Below the pieces are notes generated by a model, which did no database searches, had not been told where the DNA came from, and was given only the letters and a program-made list of their open reading frames with translations. A stretch of 42,570 bases of DNA from an uncultured Lentimicrobiaceae bacterium. Lineage in GTDB: Bacteria > Bacteroidota > Bacteroidia > Bacteroidales > UBA4417. Below are positions 36,598-42,570 of this stretch, piece by piece. The position numbers were made by a program, and so were the translations under genes. How positions within the stretch are numbered: position 1 is the stretch's first letter; each line of letters opens with the position of its first letter. Location: contig CAZOXJ010000004.1 in the NCBI GenBank assembly GCA_964583325.1, positions 10,898 to 53,467 of the forward strand, written 5' to 3'.

Positions 36598-38220
36598 TTA
36601 TAACTGTGGACCGGCAGCTAAAAGTCGTTTGCCTTCTTCATTATCAGTGTATTTAACAAAATTGTCGATAAATCGTTTAGCCAGATCTGTCGCTTTTTCA
36701 TTCCATGCTGCCACTTGTTCATACGTATCTCTTGGATCGAGCACTGCAGGATTAACACCATGCAGTTCGGTTGGCACTTCGAGGTTAAAGTAAGGGATCA
36801 TTTTAGTGGGTGCATGATCAATGGAGCCGTCGAGGATTGCATCAATAATGGCGCGGGTATCTTTGATGGAGATACGTTTTCCGGTTCCGTTCCAACCTGT
36901 ATTTACCAGGTAAGCTTTCGCACCTGATTTTTCCATACGTTTCACAAGTTCGACTGCATATTTAGTTGGATGCAGAGTTAGAAAGGCATTTCCAAAACAT
37001 GCTGAGAAAGTAGGTTGTGGGGAAGTTACACCACGTTCGGTACCGGCAAGTTTGGCGGTAAATCCCGACAGAAAATGATATTTTGTCTGCTCATCAGTTA
37101 GTTTTGAAACAGGAGGCAATACTCCGAATGCATCAGCTGTAAGAAATATCACTTTGGTAGCATGTCCGCCTTTCGAAACCGGTTTTACAATATTTTCGAT
37201 ATGATAAATAGGGTAGGAAACGCGCGTATTTTCAGTTTTTGAACTATCCGAAAAATCAATTGTTCCATCGTCCGCTACTGTTACGTTTTCGAGTAAAGCA
37301 TCGCGCCGGATTGCATGATAAATGTCAGGTTCGTTCTCTTTACTCAGGTTTATAGTTTTGGCGTAACAGCCACCTTCGAAATTAAAAATACCATCATCGT
37401 CCCAGCCATGCTCATCGTCGCCTATAAGCGCACGGTGAGGGTCAGCAGAGAGTGTTGTTTTTCCTGTGCCTGAAAGACCGAAGAAAATAGCTACATCGCC
37501 ATCTTTACCCATATTGGCAGAGCAATGCATGGCGGCAATCCCCTGTAAAGGAAGGTAATAATTCATCATGGAGAAAATCCCTTTTTTCATTTCGCCACCA
37601 TACCACGAACCGCCAATAAGCGACATACGTTCGGTAAGATTAAATACTACAAAATTCTCTGAATTAAGTCCTTGCTCTTTCCAATCAGGATTTGTTGTTT
37701 TTGAAGCGTTTAATACTACAAAATCAGGCATAAAATTTACCAGTTCTTCATCCGAAGGGCGGATAAACATATTTTTTACGAAATGAGCCTGCCAGGCAAC
37801 CTCAACAATAAAACGGACTTTTAATCGTGTATCGGGATTGGCACCGCAATAGGCATCCATCACGTAAAGCTTTTTGTCCGACAGTTCCTTTTGGGCAACC
37901 ATTTTCAGATGGTTCCATACATCAGTTGAAACAGGTTTATTATCATTTTTGCCAATGGTTGACCACCAAACTGTATTTTCGGAAACAGAATCGTGAACAA
38001 TGTATTTATCTTTTGGCGAGCGACCTGTAAATACACCTGTATCAACATTTACGGCTCCAAGGTTTGATAATTTGCCTCGTTCGAAACCTTCGAGTGAAGG
38101 ATTCATTTCGTGCTGAAAAAGATCTTCATACGCCAGGTTGTAATATACCTGTTCAACCCCTTTAATTCCGTATTGATTGAGGTCAATACTGATACCGGGT
38201 CTGTTTACTGCAATTGCCAT
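36598..38220 (-). CDS. pckA: Phosphoenolpyruvate carboxykinase (ATP)
   Basis: Motifs [44 protein letters not shown] and [17 protein letters not shown] box at 38318-38325 (minus strand). Confidence 0.98.
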   Translation of the reverse strand: MAIAVNRPGISIDLNQYGIKGVEQVYYNLAYEDLFQHEMNPSLEGFERGKLSNLGAVNVDTGVFTGRSPKDKYIVHDSVSENTVWWSTIGKNDNKPVSTDVWNHLKMVAQKELSDKKLYVMDAYCGANPDTRLKVRFIVEVAWQAHFVKNMFIRPSDEELVNFMPDFVVLNASKTTNPDWKEQGLNSENFVVFNLTERMSLIGGSWYGGEMKKGIFSMMNYYLPLQGIAAMHCSANMGKDGDVAIFFGLSGTGKTTLSADPHRALIGDDEHGWDDDGIFNFEGGCYAKTINLSKENEPDIYHAIRRDALLENVTVADDGTIDFSDSSKTENTRVSYPIYHIENIVKPVSKGGHATKVIFLTADAFGVLPPVSKLTDEQTKYHFLSGFTAKLAGTERGVTSPQPTFSACFGNAFLTLHPTKYAVELVKRMEKSGAKAYLVNTGWNGTGKRISIKDTRAIIDAILDGSIDHAPTKMIPYFNLEVPTELHGVNPAVLDPRDTYEQVAAWNEKATDLAKRFIDNFVKYTDNEEGKRLLAAGPQL

Positions 38221-38326
38221 GAGTTAAGCTGGTTTAGGATAATTGGTTGATAATTTGGTTAATACGGAAATATTTTATAATGAACAAACAAACATATTTC
38301 CATATGATTGGGTGGGGCAAATATAT

Positions 38327-38362
38327 AAAAAAAGGGAGTAAAAAAAATTACTGCCCTTTTTT
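38327..38362 (-). terminator. Probable terminator of the DEAD-box gene
   Basis: A7-GGGAGTA...TACTGCCC-T6 imperfect hairpin with A and T tails. Confidence 0.6.
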
Positions 38363-38439
38363 ATTGATTAGTATAAGATATTTCTCTCCAGCCTACTTGT
38401 TTATGTGTTTTTAAATAAATTCAAAGAAGGTATAAACTC

Positions 38440-39798
38440 CTATTTTCTCTTTTTGTCCTGTCCTTTGAACGTTTTATCACCTTTTGTTTTCGGCTTCTTA
38501 TATTTTAAGGCTAAATCTTTTCTATATGATCCTCCCTGGTTGGTTTTCATGTTTTTAGCTTTTTTTGCATGAAAGCCAGGCGCCAGCACTATTTTTTTCT
38601 CATTGCGGAATGGATTTTTCTTATCGCCAGCATCTTCACGTTCTTCGGGAGTTTTTTGATTAGAAATTCCAACTTCATCAGGGAAATCAATTAAAGGAAT
38701 CTGATACGACATTAATTCTTCAATCCTGTTTTTGGCTTCTTCTTCCTTTTCTGTATAAAACAAAATTGATTTTCCCAGCTGTTCAGCCCGCCCGGTACGA
38801 CCGATTCGATGAATATAATTTTCCGGAAAATTAGGCGTGTCGAAATTGATAACATGAGTTACTTTATCAAGATCGAGGCCACGGGCAATAATATCGGTTG
38901 CAATCAGTATCCTGTTTTTACCTTCATCAAATTCCTTAATGGATTTGAATCGGTAATTCTGTGTTTTATTTGAATGAATTATTCCTGTTTCTGAACCATG
39001 TTTTTCTTCCATGGCTTTAAATAAACGATCCGCATTGTTTTTATTCGAAACAAACACCAAAACTTTACTAAACTCGTTTCTGTCGTGCACCAGGTGAGAT
39101 AACAGATTTACTTTGGTATAAAAATTCGGTACTTCAAAGCATTGCTGGGCGATATTCTTCAAAGGTTCGCCGCTTAACGCAATTGATATTTTAGCTGGCG
39201 TAACAAAATCGTCGTCAATAAGTGCTGCAACTTCATCGGTCATGGTGGCCGAAAACATGATATTTTGCCTACGCTTCGGTAGGAGTTCGAAGATATTTGT
39301 CAACTGGAAACGAAACCCCAGATCAAGCATAACATCAACTTCATCGATGACAAGTTTTGTGATACCTTTCAACTGTAAAGCTCCGCATAACGCCAGATCG
39401 TATAACCGGCCAGGAGTAGCAACAAGTATATCAGCACCCTGAGCTACTTTCTGTTTCTGCGTGTTTATATTCACTCCTCCATAAACTCCTAAAACACGGA
39501 TAGTCATGTTTTTAGCAAAACTTTCCGCCATTTCAACTACTTGTATTACCAGTTCACGGGTAGGAACCAATACCAGTATGCGAGGGTTCAATTGCTTCGA
39601 AAACTTTAAATCCTGCAGGATCGGAAGCATATAGGCGAGTGTTTTACCGGTACCAGTTTGTGCTATGCCTACAACATCTTTACCCGAAAGAATTACTGAA
39701 TAGGCTTCTGCCTGTATGGGTGTCATTGTATCGAAACCCAGATCAGCGATTGCGCTTTGCAGGGGTTTCGACATGTTAAAATTTTCGAACGTATTCAT
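38440..39798 (-). CDS. DEAD-box RNA helicase (DEVD variant)
   Basis: Q motif TPIQ, AQTGTGKT, PTREL, TPGRL, DEVD, SAT, ARGLD and YIHRIGRTGRA. Basic C-terminal tail. TATCTTTG box at 39943-39950 (minus strand). Confidence 0.95.
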   Translation of the reverse strand: MNTFENFNMSKPLQSAIADLGFDTMTPIQAEAYSVILSGKDVVGIAQTGTGKTLAYMLPILQDLKFSKQLNPRILVLVPTRELVIQVVEMAESFAKNMTIRVLGVYGGVNINTQKQKVAQGADILVATPGRLYDLALCGALQLKGITKLVIDEVDVMLDLGFRFQLTNIFELLPKRRQNIMFSATMTDEVAALIDDDFVTPAKISIALSGEPLKNIAQQCFEVPNFYTKVNLLSHLVHDRNEFSKVLVFVSNKNNADRLFKAMEEKHGSETGIIHSNKTQNYRFKSIKEFDEGKNRILIATDIIARGLDLDKVTHVINFDTPNFPENYIHRIGRTGRAEQLGKSILFYTEKEEEAKNRIEELMSYQIPLIDFPDEVGISNQKTPEEREDAGDKKNPFRNEKKIVLAPGFHAKKAKNMKTNQGGSYRKDLALKYKKPKTKGDKTFKGQDKKRK

Positions 39799-40032
39799 TA
39801 AAAAATCAGTTAATGGATAATGGTTTGTTGGTATTGATTGATTGTGATAAACTAAAAGTTAACATTGCATTAGTTGAAAAAGGAACCATTAACCTTTTTC
39901 AATAATTACTAACTTTTTTGGAATCCCAATTGGTAAAGTGCTCAAAGATACTACTTTCCGGCGAGGTGAGCATTAATTATGTTAATCCTGAACAAATTGC
40001 TTTATTGTAATGCACTGAATGGATGCCGTTTA

Positions 40033-40725
40033 TTAGTTGTTTTTAGCAAGTGCATTCTTCAATACTTCAATCTGTTTAAAACGAAATTCTTTTCTAGAGT
40101 CGTTGAGTATCCAGTAGATAACTCCACTAATAAGTGCAGCAAAAAAACACCAGACAGAAGTGAGGTATTGCGTAAAAAAAATAGCTGTAACCAGGCAAGA
40201 TAGAAGCATAAACATTCCGAAAACATGCATGCGCTTAATGCTTGAAATAAAAAGCGGTGGGATTGTTGCAAGCAGGTAAAGAATAAATGCCGGTATTGCT
40301 ATAAGTTTCGAAAAGTCACTGTTATATTTAATGTGGTAACCCATGATTTGGGGTGTAACATTTAAAAATACCAGGCAATAAGAGTAATAGAGTGACACAA
40401 TGAGACCGATAAAAAACAAATACCTGATTATCTTTTTCTTGCGCTTGTTTTCTTCCATCAGAAGTATAGATATTGGGATTAACACCGGCCATAATACATC
40501 AGCCATAAATAGAAAAAGATAAGTCGAAAATATACGGATATTATTATAATCCGGATTTGGAATGCTTATCCATAGCATGCCTTCGGTGAATTGCTGTATG
40601 CCAAAAAATATTGGAATACAGCCAAACAGCAGCTGTGATGGTTTGTGAACTTTAGTAATAACCACAACTCCGATAGCTGAAATAATTACCCCTCCTGTGA
40701 AACTGGCTTCTGCTGAAAAACACAT
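40033..40725 (-). CDS. Polytopic membrane protein, DUF6629-like
   Basis: MCFSAEASF N-terminus, FGIQQFTEG and TSVWCFFAA, with about 7 hydrophobic segments. ATG 40725 is preferred. Confidence 0.75.
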   Translation of the reverse strand: MCFSAEASFTGGVIISAIGVVVITKVHKPSQLLFGCIPIFFGIQQFTEGMLWISIPNPDYNNIRIFSTYLFLFMADVLWPVLIPISILLMEENKRKKKIIRYLFFIGLIVSLYYSYCLVFLNVTPQIMGYHIKYNSDFSKLIAIPAFILYLLATIPPLFISSIKRMHVFGMFMLLSCLVTAIFFTQYLTSVWCFFAALISGVIYWILNDSRKEFRFKQIEVLKNALAKNN

Positions 40726-41083
40726 ATTGATCAAATTATTAAAGATAGATTTAATCTGATTAACTATAAAAGACAGGCTGAATCAAATCAATTTTTGCGG
40801 TAAGGTAAGGCTATTTTATGACTCTGGTGTTTTTTGCAAAGCACTAACTTAAATATTATGAATCAGGCAGTAGTTTCTGGTTAAGTATACCCACATAAAC
40901 TCTTTAAATAAATTATACCGGAATAATCTGATTTATATAATATAAAATTCCAATTCCCAAATATTAACTTAACTTTGATCAATGATTCCTGATTTTTCGC
41001 ACATTTTGTTTTCCTGGCTTGAAACTCCGCCCACCAATTATATTTATTCCTGAATTAAGTCAAACTATGACAAAAAGATCGTT

Positions 41084-42121
41084 ATGAAAAAAATTAATGA
41101 ACTTAGTATTGCAAAGTTTGCAAGAGTGTTTTTTACATGTTTTATTTCGGTATTTCTCTGTGTAAGTATACTGAATGCTCAGCCTTATAAAAATTGCAGT
41201 GAGATACATTTCTTTAATTCATCGGCTTCAAGTGGAGTATATCTGATTGATCCTGACGGGAATGGGCCGATGCTTCCGATGAATTGCCAGTGCGATATGA
41301 CAACTGACGGCGGTGGCTGGACTTTAGTACTGAACTATAATCATCTTGAGAATACCAGTCCCGACTTAAAAGTTTATACTGATGGTCTTCCAATTCAGGG
41401 ACAAACCGTTTTAGGTTTTGATGAGAGCAATACTGTTTACTGGGGGCATGCCGGTACTGAAGTGATGAGTACACTGGCATTTGATGAAGTCAGGTTTTAT
41501 GGTGTTACATCTGATCATTCGCGTGTTATCGACTTTAAAACATCACATATAGGCACTGTTTCATATTTTAAAACTGGGTCAGGATCAACGGAAGGAATCA
41601 AGGATAATTATACAGCATTTGCAGGACATAGTTCATTTTTGCCAGCTTCTATTGATCGCACGGTTTCGGATATGGGTGATTATGCAATGACTGCTTATCC
41701 TTTATGGACAGGATCGGCATACCATTGGTTTCTGGGTGGGGTTGACCCGAACTGCACTGTCAGATGGGAAGTTGATAATTATCCATGTAATTATACACCT
41801 TCAACTTTTCATCAGATGTGGGTAAGGCAAAATGCTTTTTTAGGAATCAGAACCGGACAAAAATCCGGAATTGATACCAAACTCACCCCAAATCCATTTA
41901 ACAATAAAGCGGAGCTTACTATTGCAAACCTCAATCCGCAGCAACTGTCAATGATCAGGATTAACGTTTATGATCTATTGGGAAAACAGTTTTATCCTGT
42001 TATTACAAGAAATTCAGTATCATTTACTATTGAAAAAGGTTCACTGGCGCCCGGGATTTATATTTGTAAACTCATGAATGCGGCAGGAATTATTACTGTT
42101 ACGAAAATGATCATTGAATAG
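41084..42121 (+). CDS. Secreted fibrinogen-like (CDMxxDGGGW) domain protein with T9SS type A CTD
   Basis: Signal peptide ending LNA|Q. NCSEI...SGVYLIDPDG...CDMTTDGGGWTLV. CTD LTPNPF...VYDLLGK...LAPGIY...KMIIE. TAACTTTG box at 40970-40977. Confidence 0.88.
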   Translation: MKKINELSIAKFARVFFTCFISVFLCVSILNAQPYKNCSEIHFFNSSASSGVYLIDPDGNGPMLPMNCQCDMTTDGGGWTLVLNYNHLENTSPDLKVYTDGLPIQGQTVLGFDESNTVYWGHAGTEVMSTLAFDEVRFYGVTSDHSRVIDFKTSHIGTVSYFKTGSGSTEGIKDNYTAFAGHSSFLPASIDRTVSDMGDYAMTAYPLWTGSAYHWFLGGVDPNCTVRWEVDNYPCNYTPSTFHQMWVRQNAFLGIRTGQKSGIDTKLTPNPFNNKAELTIANLNPQQLSMIRINVYDLLGKQFYPVITRNSVSFTIEKGSLAPGIYICKLMNAAGIITVTKMIIE

Positions 42122-42345
42122 GTTAATCTTATGCTGTTTTATTGGTTGATTGGATAGTTGTTCAAGCACAGTCAGAGCCAAATCTTTGGAATCTGTTTTC
42201 ATTGCTGGCACAATTGCGTTGCGCTGAGCTTCCAGGAGTATTAGCTGAAAACTTTCTGCCCAAATCCAAGAAAGTGAATATGCATCTTCAGTTTATCCAA
42301 TCCTTTGCAATCGAGCGTAGTTAAGATTTTAACTGGGGCGATTTA

Positions 42346-42471
42346 TTACTTCAGTTCATTTTGATCTTTAGCGGTTTTCTTCCTTGGCGACAGCTTATAA
42401 ATCAGCCATCCAAAACCTAAGACCAAATGCAAAATAATTGCAAAAATTATGATTTTAACCCAAATATCCAT
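42346..42471 (-). CDS. Small single-TM protein, 41 aa (below the ORF-track cutoff)
   Basis: MDIWVKIIIFAIILHLVLGFGWLIYKLSPRKKTAKDQNELK followed by TAA TAA. TATATTTG box at 42485-42492 on the same strand. Confidence 0.7.
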   Translation of the reverse strand: MDIWVKIIIFAIILHLVLGFGWLIYKLSPRKKTAKDQNELK

Positions 42472-42539
42472 ATTCAGTTTTTTGCAAATATATCGTTTTT
42501 CGAAAAAAATATCGAATGGGAGTTATTATCTGACAGACT

Positions 42540-42570
42540 AAAAGAAAAGAGGCCACCTTTCGGCAGCCTC
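42540..42570 (-). terminator. Intrinsic terminator of a minus-strand gene beyond the window
   Basis: Minus strand GAGGCTGCC-GAAA-GGTGGCCTC-TTTTCTTTT. Confidence 0.8.

Noticed and set aside
241-41480. Many 60-160 aa alternative-frame or antisense ORFs in the track (e.g. 8343-8765, 16818-17192, 23190-23678)
   Set aside because: They lie within well-supported genes and show no motifs, so they are treated as shadow ORFs.
42142-42324. 60-aa plus-strand ORF or pseudogene remnant after the fibrinogen-like gene
   Set aside because: TTG start and no recognisable motif on either strand. It cannot be supported without a homology search.
38440-42570. Genomic island at the right end
   Set aside because: The genes look accessory, but I saw no integrase, tRNA, att-like repeat or transposase, and native-type promoters are present.

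Overview
Ordinary chromosomal window from a Bacteroidota (probably Bacteroidales-like) genome. The assignment rests on T9SS C-terminal domains, TAnnTTTG -7 promoter boxes, A-rich leaders mostly without Shine-Dalgarno sites, and Bacteroidota-type gene order. Contents in order: a hexose uptake/kinase cluster (galK truncated at the left edge, FucP/GluP-type MFS, ROK kinase, SSS symporter plus a small 2-TM protein); a ~1950-aa T9SS substrate of 21 PKD domains; a DUF853/HerA-like ATPase; a fused 2-oxoacid dehydrogenase E1; tsaC, a GT4 and dapD; ruvX, def and a TPR lipoprotein; cdaA and folP, divergent from DUF1599, a DoxX-family gene, a DppB-like permease, tpiA, prmA, a 1500-aa secreted unknown protein, plsY and dnaN; then an ABC-F, a cold-shock protein, a YkgJ-family protein, pckA, a DEAD-box helicase, a DUF6629-like membrane protein, a fibrinogen-like T9SS protein and an unannotated 41-aa ORF. 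I saw no rRNA, tRNA, CRISPR array, transposase or integrase. The best leads are: (i) a cysteine pattern implying inter-domain disulfide stapling and a triplet super-repeat in the PKD protein; (ii) the giant beta-rich secreted protein next to plsY; (iii) three intergenic 7-9-bp tandem arrays that are all C-rich and G-poor on the transcribed strand; (iv) two small membrane proteins. All family assignments come from motif recognition by eye, not database searches.
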